The notes beneath the pieces were generated by a model. The model did not search any database and was not told the DNA's origin. It was given only the letters and a program-made list of their open reading frames with translations. A stretch of DNA of 64,000 bases. Origin: Thermoproteota archaeon (GTDB taxonomy: Archaea > Thermoproteota > Thermoprotei > Gearchaeales > Gearchaeaceae). The position numbers and the translations under genes were made by a program. The stretch lies in NCBI GenBank assembly GCA_032249235.1, contig JAVVGF010000001.1:32001-96000 (forward strand), given 5' to 3'. How positions within the stretch are numbered: position 1 is the first letter of the stretch; the number at the start of each line of letters is the position of its first letter. This document shows positions 8,505-18,352 of the stretch, one piece after another.

Positions 8505-10175
8505 TTTGCGAAGGTATTTTCCTTTGAGTTGATTTAATAAGCTGTCAATTTTTGTTTTAGATTCTTTAAGAGTTTTTGAATGAATCTCTACCATTCTTTT
8601 ATACATTTCGGGCTGTATTTTCTTCATCTTATGTGAATTTCTTGTCTCCTTTAGTGCATTTCGGGCTTTTACTAATTTTGAATATTCAAGGTTGATACCT
8701 GATATGATAGATTTTGTCTCTGGATATTTTGTAATCAAGAAATTAGAAATCTTTTTTAGTTCGTTTTCCTTATTTTCGATTTCTCTTCTTAGATTATTCA
8801 GCCTTGCTGTATAATCATGTTTCTTTATTAATCCTTTATCTAATCGTAAGTCGAGTTGTTCAATTTCTTCATAATCTAATATCAAACTTTCAATAAGATT
8901 TATGAATTTAGGAATTTCAGGAATTGCGACTATCTTTTCTAATACAGGCCTTCTGCTATATCTAGTATATATAAAGACAAAAAATAATAGAATTATTATA
9001 ATTACTAATATTTGATTAACTGAGTTCAAAGAATATATGAAAGGATTTATTGTTGTTTTTAGTGATATATTAAAATTATAATTAGGATAAACATTAGATA
9101 AATAATATATATACTCGTTTCCGTCTTGCTGTGTTACTAATTTATCTGGAATAGGATACAATTCTGCATTAACCAAGTATTTGATAGTTATAATTAGCGT
9201 GAAATTATCTATGATATAAAAGTTGGATTGTAAAGGATTAAATGATAAGTTTATCTGTTGTTGATTTCCGTTTACACTTCCTATTTTGTTAATATCTATT
9301 TCGCTTGTGATTATAATTTTTGCTTTTGTATAGTTCAAGTAAGCGTTAGCATAAATAGTGCTAAAAAGAGGATATCTTAATGAAACCGCGTTGTTAGTAT
9401 AGCTGAGATCTCCAAAATCATCTCTCACAGAGATTATACTTGCATCAGGTAAGATATATGGGATCCATGTTCTTACAGTTTGATTAAAACCTATGTATTC
9501 AATGATAAAAGTATCTATTATCTTTACCTTTTCCAAGTTATCTATTATTATGTTTCTAGTTAAGCTGTTTATTTTTACCCAAGGTAGATCATTTGGAGGG
9601 TTGAAGGAAAGTGTAAAAAGTGTTGTATTATATGGGGATAATGCCGTTGAATTATAATAGATATAGTAAGTACCGTTTTCATATTTTTGAATTGCATTTT
9701 TAGGTGATGATATTATAATGTTTGTTGGTGGGAAAGAAAATTTGACCTTTGTTGTTACAGTTGAAATAGGTAAGTCTGTCATAAGATAAGCGAACATATC
9801 CGTTTTTACACCTGACTGTATTTGATTAAAAATTCTCTGATCATATACCCTAGTTATCGTGATGTTTCCTTCAAAACCATTTATAGGAATTCTGAACCCG
9901 AGATAGTCATCTTTAATCGCTCCCCATTGAATTGGATATTTAGGGTTTGTCTGTAAAGAATAAAGAGATTTGTATTCTTCTGGCGTTAAATAAATTGTTA
10001 AATTAGAAATTTGTCCTTTTATTTCTACATTATCTTGAACAATAATAAATCCTGGGAAGATCTGAATGTATCTGTTCACTTTCAATTGGTTTTGTTGTTC
10101 AGCAGCAACTGTGATGATACAAATCGATAATACTATTAGAGTGAGTAACAAAGTTGCAATGCTTTTTCTTTGCAT
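8502..10175 (-). CDS. secreted type I membrane glycoprotein, ribophorin I (OST1/RPN1)-like
   Basis: Signal peptide, beta-rich ectodomain with ~10 N-x-S/T sequons, LTRNIII...LPDASIISVRDDFGDLS...LRYPLF motifs, one TM helix, cytosolic helical tail. Confidence 0.65.
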   Translation of the reverse strand: MQRKSIATLLLTLIVLSICIITVAAEQQNQLKVNRYIQIFPGFIIVQDNVEIKGQISNLTIYLTPEEYKSLYSLQTNPKYPIQWGAIKDDYLGFRIPINGFEGNITITRVYDQRIFNQIQSGVKTDMFAYLMTDLPISTVTTKVKFSFPPTNIIISSPKNAIQKYENGTYYIYYNSTALSPYNTTLFTLSFNPPNDLPWVKINSLTRNIIIDNLEKVKIIDTFIIEYIGFNQTVRTWIPYILPDASIISVRDDFGDLSYTNNAVSLRYPLFSTIYANAYLNYTKAKIIITSEIDINKIGSVNGNQQQINLSFNPLQSNFYIIDNFTLIITIKYLVNAELYPIPDKLVTQQDGNEYIYYLSNVYPNYNFNISLKTTINPFIYSLNSVNQILVIIIILLFFVFIYTRYSRRPVLEKIVAIPEIPKFINLIESLILDYEEIEQLDLRLDKGLIKKHDYTARLNNLRREIENKENELKKISNFLITKYPETKSIISGINLEYSKLVKARNALKETRNSHKMKKIQPEMYKRMVEIHSKTLKESKTKIDSLLNQLKGKYLRK

Positions 10176-10234
10176 AATCGTTCTTTACTTATAAGGTTAA
10201 ATAAATATTAAATCTTTATTCGACATTAAGAAAT

Positions 10235-11530
10235 ATGACTAGCCTAATAGACACGGTTCCTGAAGAAGTGAAACTTAAGCATAAGGTGGCACTTCCTGAA
10301 GGGATGGGCGAATTTTATTCTTTAAAATTCATCGAAGAAAAGCTTAGCAAGAATAGAATATTTCCTCCAGAAAGGATATTCAGTCCAGATCCTCCCTTTT
10401 TTTCATTCATACCGTCTGCAGTAGATTATGTTTCGTTAAGTAGTGAATTACTTACAGCTTATACACCTTATCAGCCCGAAGTTTCTCAAGGTCTTTTACA
10501 GATTCTTTTTGAATATCAAAGCATGATATGTGAACTGACTGGAATGGATGTTTCAAATGCTTCTCTTTATGATCATTCTACAGCTTTATGCGAAGCTATA
10601 AGAATGGCATTGAAGTATACAGAAAGGAACAAGGTTTTGTTACCTAAATATATGAGGAGGGAAAGAAAGTTAGTCGTTAAAAGTTATATGGAGACGATAG
10701 GTGTAGAATTATACGAATATAAGATTGAAAAAGAAACAGGAAAGATCGATCTTTCAGATATAGAAAATAATTTAAAAAATGCAGCATGTATTTATGTTGA
10801 AAATCCTTCTTATTTCGGCATTATCGATGATAATCTTCCTAAACTTTCCGACATAGTTCATAAAAATGACTCACTTTTCATAGTAGGAGTAGAACCAATA
10901 TCTTTAGGCATAATAAGAGAACCGGGTTCTTATCAAGCAGATATAGTTGTGGGCGATGCTCAACATTTAGCCATACATCCTTTTTATGGGGGGCCTTCTT
11001 TGGGTATAATTGCTTGTAGGGAAGAATTGAAGTTGATTCATCTAATGCCTGGAAGAATAGTAGGATGCACAACAACTTTAGATGGTTCAGAACTCGGTTT
11101 TTCATTAGTGCTACAAGCAAGAGAGCAACATATTAAGAGGGAGAAAGCTACTTCTAATATAACTACAAATCAGTCATGGTTAGCAGTAAGGGCAGCCATA
11201 TATTTAGCTTTGTTAGGTAAAGAAGGATTAAAAAGGCTAGCCGCAAGAATATTACTCAATACACAAAGACTGAAAAAGGTATTAGAAGATTTTGGTTTCA
11301 TATCCAAATTTCCTCGTGCTTTGCATTTTAGGAACTTACTTATGAGCAAAGAGGAAATTCATAAAATTCAAAACGAGATGTTGAAAAAGGGCTATTTCTT
11401 TGGTAAATTATTGAGCAGTGAATTTGAAGGTTTCGAGAATTCAATATTGCTAGGAGTAAGCGAGTATCAAGATTCAAAATCTTTTGAAGAATTAAGAAAT
11501 GCATTATTAGAGGTGACTAGAAATGTATAA
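10235..11530 (+). CDS. gcvPA: glycine dehydrogenase subunit 1
   Basis: TAYTPYQPEVSQG, NASLYD, MPGRIVG, REQHIKREKATSNITTNQ. Confidence 0.96.
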   Translation: MTSLIDTVPEEVKLKHKVALPEGMGEFYSLKFIEEKLSKNRIFPPERIFSPDPPFFSFIPSAVDYVSLSSELLTAYTPYQPEVSQGLLQILFEYQSMICELTGMDVSNASLYDHSTALCEAIRMALKYTERNKVLLPKYMRRERKLVVKSYMETIGVELYEYKIEKETGKIDLSDIENNLKNAACIYVENPSYFGIIDDNLPKLSDIVHKNDSLFIVGVEPISLGIIREPGSYQADIVVGDAQHLAIHPFYGGPSLGIIACREELKLIHLMPGRIVGCTTTLDGSELGFSLVLQAREQHIKREKATSNITTNQSWLAVRAAIYLALLGKEGLKRLAARILLNTQRLKKVLEDFGFISKFPRALHFRNLLMSKEEIHKIQNEMLKKGYFFGKLLSSEFEGFENSILLGVSEYQDSKSFEELRNALLEVTRNV

Positions 11531-13064
11531 TCAAGCTAAGTATAGAGAAAGATTAGTATTCCAATACGAGGATGTTCGAAGTGATCATGCTTACTGGGTC
11601 AATGATGAAGAATTAAGTAAAGCATTATCTTTAATTCCAGAAACGATGAGAAGAAAAGAAGATCCAAACATACCTAATCTTCCTGAGAATTTAGTTGTTA
11701 GACATTATACTAGGTTAGCTAGGATGAATCATGCAATAGATATTTCAACATATCCTTTAGGTTCATGCACTATGAAATATAATCTTAAAAGCATGGAAAG
11801 GCTTGCAACAATTAAAGAGATCGCATTATTACATGATAGTTATCCTGAAGAGTATTGTCAAGGTATTCTTGAGCTTCTTTATTTGCTTGAACAATACTTA
11901 TGCGAAATAACAGGCATGGATAAGTTTTCCTTCCAGCCTTCTGCGGGTGCTCATGGGGAGCTGACTGGTGTATTCATTATTAAGAAATATCACGAAGTAA
12001 ACGGCCAAAAGGATTTAAAAAATGAAATTATCGTGCCAGACTCTGCACACGGTACAAATCCTGCAAGCGCAGCTATGGCAGGATTCAAAGTTGTAGAGGT
12101 TAAATCTAATAAAGAAGGAACTGTAGATATTGAGGATTTGAAATCTAAGGTTTCGAAAAGGACTGCAGGTTTAATGTTAACAAATCCTAACACTTTAGGC
12201 TTATTTGAAAAAGATGTACTCGAGATATCTAAAATAATACACGAAGTTGGAGGATTGCTTTATTATGATGGAGCTAATCTAAATGGTATTTTATGCTATG
12301 CAAGACCTGGCGATATGGGCTTTGATATTGCTCATTTAAATCTCCATAAAACATTTGGTACTCCACATGGTGGAGGAGGTCCTGGTGCGGGTCCATTAGG
12401 TGTTAAATCTTTTCTCAAAGAATTCCTTCCAGTTCCTATAATTGAGAAAAAAGAAAATAAATACGTTCTTAATTATGATCTTAAGTATAGTATAGGGAGA
12501 GTTAAAGAGGGTTTTGGAAATACCCTAGTTCTTTTGAAAGCCTTGCTATATATTTTAACTAAGGGTTATGAAGGATTAAAGGAAGCAAGAGAAAAAGCAG
12601 TAAGGAATACAAGATATTTCCTAGAACAAATGCAAGGTATTGAAGAGATTTCTTTAACACATAATCCTAAGCTTATGAGATATCATGAATGCTTATTGAG
12701 TGCTTCTGTATTAAAGAAAAAAACAGGCATAGATGCAAAAGATATAGCGAAAAGAATTTTTGATTATGGTTTTCATCCTCCCATGATTTACTTCCCATTG
12801 ATCGTAGATGAAGCATTGTTAATAGAATTTACAGAAGATGAGACTGAAGAAAATATAAAACAATATGCTCAAGTTCTTAAAAGAATAATACGCGAAGCAT
12901 ACGAGAATCCTTCTATTTTAAAAAGCGCTCCGCATAAAACAGCTATTGGCAGATTAGATGAAGTAAAAGCTTCACATCCTAGAACTTTAACATTGTCATG
13001 GAAAAAAGCTAAAGAAAGATATGATGAACTTTTGAAAAAACTAGCTAATTATTCTGCCGATTAA
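11523..13064 (+). CDS. gcvPB: glycine dehydrogenase subunit 2
   Basis: PLGSCTMKYN, SAHGTNPASA, HLNLHKTFGTPHGGGGPG PLP motif. Confidence 0.96.
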   Translation: MYNQAKYRERLVFQYEDVRSDHAYWVNDEELSKALSLIPETMRRKEDPNIPNLPENLVVRHYTRLARMNHAIDISTYPLGSCTMKYNLKSMERLATIKEIALLHDSYPEEYCQGILELLYLLEQYLCEITGMDKFSFQPSAGAHGELTGVFIIKKYHEVNGQKDLKNEIIVPDSAHGTNPASAAMAGFKVVEVKSNKEGTVDIEDLKSKVSKRTAGLMLTNPNTLGLFEKDVLEISKIIHEVGGLLYYDGANLNGILCYARPGDMGFDIAHLNLHKTFGTPHGGGGPGAGPLGVKSFLKEFLPVPIIEKKENKYVLNYDLKYSIGRVKEGFGNTLVLLKALLYILTKGYEGLKEAREKAVRNTRYFLEQMQGIEEISLTHNPKLMRYHECLLSASVLKKKTGIDAKDIAKRIFDYGFHPPMIYFPLIVDEALLIEFTEDETEENIKQYAQVLKRIIREAYENPSILKSAPHKTAIGRLDEVKASHPRTLTLSWKKAKERYDELLKKLANYSAD

Positions 13065-14333
13065 ATAATGCGGAGTTGCTTCTTCAATTAATGATTCTTT
13101 GAATTTACCTATCAGGCTATTATCTTCAGTTTTTATAATCACACATCTGTAATCTTGAGCTCTTGCTTCTAAAAATCCTTTTTCTCCTTTTCCTGTAATT
13201 AAGACTTTGAGAATTTTTCCTATAAACTTTTCATTCTTCTTAAGAGTTATTTCATCGCATATCTTTACGAGCTCTTTCGATCTTCTTTTCTTAATTGAAT
13301 CGGGTAGTTGAATTAATGAAGCAGCTTTAGTCAAAGGTCTCTGTGAATATTGGGCAACATGAACCTTGTCGAACTCAATTTCTTTAATTAATTTAATTGT
13401 GTTCTCGAATGCTTCTTCATCTTCACCTGGATATCCTACAATTATATCGGTTGCTATGAACAAATCTGGATGTTCGCTTCTCAGATCTTTTATGAAATCT
13501 TTAAATTCTTTTACTGTATGCATTCTTTGCATATCTTTCAATATTCTATCATCGCCGCTTTGAACAGGAACATGACAGAATTTGTATACGTGTTCATCAT
13601 GATATAGTTTCTTTAGTCCATTAACTATCCTAAAACCGAACCATGGAGTAAACATTCCTATTCTTATTCTATATTCTCCTTTAATCTCTAACAAGCTTTC
13701 AACAAGCTCAATCAAGTTAGTATTAATATCTAAGCCATATACAGCGGTATCTTGGGCAGTTAGATATATCTCTTTAGCTCCTCTTTCAATTGCATCCTTA
13801 AAAGCTTCCTTAATCAGAGAAGGTCTATAACTATAAAGAGTTCCTCTAGTATATTTTACAGCACAGAATGAACATGAGCCTAAACAGCCTGATGCAATAG
13901 GTAATTCATATGGACCTTTACCATCATAACTAGGTATAATTTCATAAGTTCTATCGCTTCCTCCTATGAATAAATTACTTTCTATTTTGTCTTTAGTAAT
14001 TATAATAGGTATCTCCTTTATTAATGAGGGCGTTACAAATATTGCATTTTTGTTCACATTGTATAGCTTGAATGGATTAAGCTTAACCATGCAACCAGTA
14101 ACTATGATCTTAGCGTTGTTTTTTTCAGCAATTTTAGAATATTTCTCTAAAGCGTGAATGGCTTTTAATTCTGATTCATATCTTACTGCACAAGTGTTGA
14201 TTATGATCAAATTAGCTTCTTCAGGATTTTCTGTTTTAATAAATGATAGTGAATCTAAGGATTGAGAAATGAACCTACTATCAGCTTCATTAAACGTGCA
14301 TCCATATGTTTCAATAAAGTACTTGAGTTGCAT
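13041..14333 (-). CDS. tRNA t6A methylthiotransferase (archaeal e-MtaB/CDKAL1-type radical SAM)
   Basis: ETYGCTFN, INTCAV, GCMV, GCLGSCSFC, C-terminal TRAM domain. Confidence 0.9.
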   Translation of the reverse strand: MQLKYFIETYGCTFNEADSRFISQSLDSLSFIKTENPEEANLIIINTCAVRYESELKAIHALEKYSKIAEKNNAKIIVTGCMVKLNPFKLYNVNKNAIFVTPSLIKEIPIIITKDKIESNLFIGGSDRTYEIIPSYDGKGPYELPIASGCLGSCSFCAVKYTRGTLYSYRPSLIKEAFKDAIERGAKEIYLTAQDTAVYGLDINTNLIELVESLLEIKGEYRIRIGMFTPWFGFRIVNGLKKLYHDEHVYKFCHVPVQSGDDRILKDMQRMHTVKEFKDFIKDLRSEHPDLFIATDIIVGYPGEDEEAFENTIKLIKEIEFDKVHVAQYSQRPLTKAASLIQLPDSIKKRRSKELVKICDEITLKKNEKFIGKILKVLITGKGEKGFLEARAQDYRCVIIKTEDNSLIGKFKESLIEEATPHYLIGRIIS

Positions 14334-14359
14334 CAGATTAAATTAACTTAAATCCTTTA

Positions 14360-16027
14360 TTAAATACTTACTCTTCTAATTTCTCTCAATTTGTTTTCTA
14401 TTTCCTCGATTGAATATTTCCTGAAAATGATCTTAGGTTCTGAAATTTTATGTTCCTCTTTGAAAGGATCATAGAAAGCATCTTCCCATTTTATAGCTAG
14501 AGGCAAATTAAGCATTCTTCTTATTTCTTCACATTTCTTAGGCATAATGGGATGAAGAACGATACTCAACACATGAAGTATGCGTGCTAATACATATATT
14601 ATGCGAGCTGTTTCTTCTTTGTTCGTCTTAATTTTTTCCCATGGCTTTTTTTCATTGAAAAACCAATTACCTATTCTAGCTATTTCCATTGCTGAATTCA
14701 GTGCATTCCTTAATTTTACTTCTTTAAAGCTCGCGTCTATTTCCTTTATTAGGTTTTCAACTTTATTCAGGATTTCTTTTTCTTCATCTTTCAATTCTTT
14801 CGGTTTTGAAATAGAATAGTTAAAGTAGTTTTTAACGAATGTTAACACCCTGTAAATTAAATTACCTAATGTATCATTAAGATGTGAATTGACAAGTTCT
14901 ACGAAAATCTTAATTGAGAATTCCGTATCCCTTTCTTCAGGTCTAAGATAAACTAATGTATATCTCCAATAATCAGGTTCAGCGATTTGTAAAGCTTCAT
15001 CTAGCCAAATACCTATGCCTTGACTTTTAGAGAACTTCTTACCTTCATATGTTAAGAATTCAGTTGCTGAAATTATATGCGGTAAGTTGTAATCTTCTCC
15101 TGAAGCCATCAATAAAGCTGGAAATATAACTGCATGGAATGGTATATTATCCTTTCCTATGAAATAATAAGTCAGCGCATTCTTATTGAACCAATATTCT
15201 TTCCATCTATCATCTCTGAAATATTCTATTGTCGCAGAAATGTAACCTAGTACTGCTTCAAACCATACATAAATTGTTTTATTTTCAAAGTTTTCAAACG
15301 GCGCAGGAATTCCCCATTTGTTATCTCTAGTTAAAGCCCTTGCTCTAAATTCATCTTTAATGTATCCGAGGCTTATTGTTTTGATTCTTTTATCGAAATA
15401 AGGATTGTTATTAATGTATTCTATAACTTTATCTCTAAGCTTAGGAAAATCGATGAAACAATGTTCTGTTTCTCTTTTTGAAGGTGGTCTTCCGCATACT
15501 ACGCATTTAGGATTTATAAGTTGGGTAGGTTCCAATAGATTTCCACAATTTTCGCATTGATCTCCTCTAGCTTTCTCATAGTTGCATATAGGGCATGTAC
15601 CGATTACGAATCTATCTGGCAAAAATATTTTATCGTTTTCGCAATAAAGTTGCGTTACTTTTTCAAAGAAGGTAAAACCGTTTTTATGAACTTTTCTATA
15701 AAATTCTCTCACGAATTCTTTATGAACTTCACTTTCTGTTCTTGTATAGTTACTAAAAGAGATTTCAAAATCTTCGAAAATTTTCTTTATTTTAGCATGC
15801 ATTTCATCAGTAAGCTCTTTTGGCTTTTTATTCCTTTGAATTGCTTCAACTTCTATTGGTGTACCATGTTCATCAGAGCCGCTTACGAATACAACATCAT
15901 CTCCTTTGAGTCTGTGATATCTTGCTATAACGTCTGCAGAAAGTACTGAACCTATTAGGTTACCTAGATGGGGTATCGAATATGCATAAGGCCAAGCACA
16001 TGTAACGAGTACTTTTAGAGAGACCAC
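14360..16027 (-). CDS. metG: methionine--tRNA ligase
   Basis: PHLGN, GSDEHG, zinc knuckles, YVWFEA, KFSKS; no C-terminal Trbp111-like domain. Confidence 0.97.
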   Translation of the reverse strand: MVSLKVLVTCAWPYAYSIPHLGNLIGSVLSADVIARYHRLKGDDVVFVSGSDEHGTPIEVEAIQRNKKPKELTDEMHAKIKKIFEDFEISFSNYTRTESEVHKEFVREFYRKVHKNGFTFFEKVTQLYCENDKIFLPDRFVIGTCPICNYEKARGDQCENCGNLLEPTQLINPKCVVCGRPPSKRETEHCFIDFPKLRDKVIEYINNNPYFDKRIKTISLGYIKDEFRARALTRDNKWGIPAPFENFENKTIYVWFEAVLGYISATIEYFRDDRWKEYWFNKNALTYYFIGKDNIPFHAVIFPALLMASGEDYNLPHIISATEFLTYEGKKFSKSQGIGIWLDEALQIAEPDYWRYTLVYLRPEERDTEFSIKIFVELVNSHLNDTLGNLIYRVLTFVKNYFNYSISKPKELKDEEKEILNKVENLIKEIDASFKEVKLRNALNSAMEIARIGNWFFNEKKPWEKIKTNKEETARIIYVLARILHVLSIVLHPIMPKKCEEIRRMLNLPLAIKWEDAFYDPFKEEHKISEPKIIFRKYSIEEIENKLREIRRVSI

Positions 16028-16072
16028 CTCTTCACTTTCTATATCTCATGAAGTATATGAGTTTTAGGAATT

Positions 16073-16879
16073 TTAGCAATTACATTTTTTATCTTCTCCT
16101 AATTTTGCAATTGCTCTAATAATCAAATTGTAAATTCTTTCTTCATTTTTCTTATAAACTTCTTTAACCTCTTCAAGCGAAACTCTTTCTTGCATACCTG
16201 CAGCGTAGTTCGTTATCAATGAAAGCGAGCTGTAACATAAGCCTATTTCTCTTGCAAGTATAACTTCTGGAACAAGCGTCATGCCTACTACATCTGCACC
16301 TATGTTGCGATAAAATTTGATCTCTGCAGGGGTTTCCAATCTAGGACCTTCGGTGCAAACATAACAAACTCCTGTCCGGATCTCATAATTAAACTCTTTT
16401 GCACTTTCTAGCAAGACGTTATTTATCTCAGCACAAAAAGGATTAGTCATATCGACATGTACAATTCTTGAAGAATCACCGAGTATTTCATCTTTTCCTC
16501 TATAAATTCCATCGAAGAAGCTATATTCGCGTCTTTTAGTCATATCTATGAACTGCGTTATTATTGCGAAGCTACCAATATTTAATTCCTTTTTTAATGC
16601 TCCGACAGAATTTATAGCTATTATTCTTCTAGCTCCTAGCTTTGCTAAGCCATAAATTAAGGCTCTTGAATTTATCCTATGCGGCGGTAATGCATGTTCA
16701 AAACTTTTACTTCCAGGTAATGCATGTCTATTAGTAAAAAGCACATCTTTTCCATTTATAGAATAAGTTGCAATTGGTTGAGAAATTCCAAATGGTGTAT
16801 CGACGTGCAATATTTTGCTTTCTGTCTTGAATAAATTCGCTATTCCTGAGCCACCGATTATCGCTATCTTTTTATCCAT
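16073..16879 (-). CDS. mtnP: 5'-methylthioadenosine/methylthioinosine phosphorylase
   Basis: IIGGSG, EGPRLETPAE, VVGMT, TNYAAG. Confidence 0.9.
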   Translation of the reverse strand: MDKKIAIIGGSGIANLFKTESKILHVDTPFGISQPIATYSINGKDVLFTNRHALPGSKSFEHALPPHRINSRALIYGLAKLGARRIIAINSVGALKKELNIGSFAIITQFIDMTKRREYSFFDGIYRGKDEILGDSSRIVHVDMTNPFCAEINNVLLESAKEFNYEIRTGVCYVCTEGPRLETPAEIKFYRNIGADVVGMTLVPEVILAREIGLCYSSLSLITNYAAGMQERVSLEEVKEVYKKNEERIYNLIIRAIAKLGEDKKCNC

Positions 16880-16912
16880 CTTATAAGAAATAGTTAAATA
16901 ACATAAAAGCTC

Positions 16913-17341
16913 ATGAAGAAACAGCTAAGCATTCCAACTTATGAAAAAATGTTAGAGCGATTGTACAGTATCATTGAAGTTAATCCAGAAAAATTTAAGG
17001 GATTTGAAGCTCCTATAGCTGAAATTCAAAACGTGAAGAATCGAACGATAATAACAAACTTTAGAGAAATAGCTTTAGAATTAAATAGGACGCCTGAAGA
17101 GCTTGCATCCTTCTTTTTCAAAGATCTATCTATAAATGGTATGATAGACGAAAATACAAAACAATTGATCCTTTTCGGTAAATTCACGTTTGAAAGAGTA
17201 AATATGAGTTTAAAGTTTTACATCAAGAAATATGTTATTTGTCCAATTTGTTCTAGTGTAGATACTGTTGTTGAAAAAAAAGGCAAGAATATGTTCTTAA
17301 GATGCTTAGCTTGTGGAGCTGTTAGCTCGATAATTGAGTAA
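16913..17341 (+). CDS. eif2b: translation initiation factor aIF-2 beta
   Basis: YEKMLERLY, TIITNF, YVICPICSSVDT..CLACGA zinc finger. Confidence 0.92.
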   Translation: MKKQLSIPTYEKMLERLYSIIEVNPEKFKGFEAPIAEIQNVKNRTIITNFREIALELNRTPEELASFFFKDLSINGMIDENTKQLILFGKFTFERVNMSLKFYIKKYVICPICSSVDTVVEKKGKNMFLRCLACGAVSSIIE

Positions 17342-18018
17342 TGCTAATCTGTGCAGTTTGTGGTAGTTCTAATAAGAAAATCTCTTCAAGACGAGGCATT
17401 TGCATAGACTGCTACATAAAAGATGGCTTAATTGATCACATTAAACCGATAAAGTTAACTGTTTGTCCAAGATGTTATAGAATAAAAAAGCAGAGATGGA
17501 TTAGATTTCCAAGCTTTGAAGAACTGGAAGGCTTTTTAGAAGAAGATTTTAAAAATAAAATCGTAACTAAAGGAGGTGTTTTCATCGATGATATTCAAGT
17601 TTCTCTTTCTCCTAATTTACGTGAAGCAAAGGTCACTCTTGACCTTTATCTTGAAGATTATGGCGAAATTGCTGAAATTAATCTTGATTTGCCCATAATA
17701 TTGAATAAAACGTTATGTGAATCATGCCTTAGATTTAAAACTGAAAATTATGAAGCGTTAATTCAACTTAGAACTACCAACTCTAGGATGGTTAGTGAAT
17801 TCGAGAGTTTATTAGAAGCAATGGATCACGAAGATATCGAGACTTTAATTAAAAAAGTGAGGTTTTCTTATGGAATTGATGCATACTTTACTTCTTTAAG
17901 AGTGGCTAAGAGAGTGGCTAACGAATTTAGGAAGAAATATGGTTGTAAATATAAAGAAACCAAATCAATGGTTTCAGGAATGAAATATAGATACACACTT
18001 TTGCTTGATATGAGATGA
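17341..18018 (+). CDS. NMD3-like ribosome biogenesis protein
   Basis: Four CxxC pairs and YEALIQLR motif; synteny. Confidence 0.85.
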   Translation: MLICAVCGSSNKKISSRRGICIDCYIKDGLIDHIKPIKLTVCPRCYRIKKQRWIRFPSFEELEGFLEEDFKNKIVTKGGVFIDDIQVSLSPNLREAKVTLDLYLEDYGEIAEINLDLPIILNKTLCESCLRFKTENYEALIQLRTTNSRMVSEFESLLEAMDHEDIETLIKKVRFSYGIDAYFTSLRVAKRVANEFRKKYGCKYKETKSMVSGMKYRYTLLLDMR

Positions 18019-18052
18019 AATGATATATACCAATATATTTCAATATATCTTA

Positions 18053-18352
18053 ATGAGTAAAGAGGAATCAGGATCAGTTCGATTTCCTAAAGAAGGAGAG
18101 TTGCTAGGCGAAGTTATTCAATCTTTAGGATATGATAGAGTTAAAGTTAGATGTGAAGATAATGAAATAAGGATATGCAGGATTCCTGGTAAATTTAAAA
18201 AGAAAGAATGGCTTGAAGAAGGTGCGATAGTATTAGTTCTACCTTGGTATGGAATGCAAGAGAAGACAAGAGGCGATATCCTACATATATATAAAAGACA
18301 AGAACTCAAAGAATTAGAAAAGGCTGGTTATTTAAAAAGACTTAAAGGTTGA
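18053..18352 (+). CDS. eif1a: translation initiation factor aIF-1A
   Basis: RICRIPGKFKKKEW, VLPW, RGDI; ATG at 18053 preferred. Confidence 0.95.
   Translation: MSKEESGSVRFPKEGELLGEVIQSLGYDRVKVRCEDNEIRICRIPGKFKKKEWLEEGAIVLVLPWYGMQEKTRGDILHIYKRQELKELEKAGYLKRLKG

Noticed and set aside
8431-10175. tRNA-adjacent gene as an integrated element
   Set aside because: No integrase and no duplicated tRNA 3' end (att repeat) seen; flanking genes are housekeeping
17899-17921. Short tandem duplication AGAGTGGCTAA in the NMD3 gene
   Set aside because: Two copies only, in frame (RVAK/RVAN); not a CRISPR or meaningful repeat array
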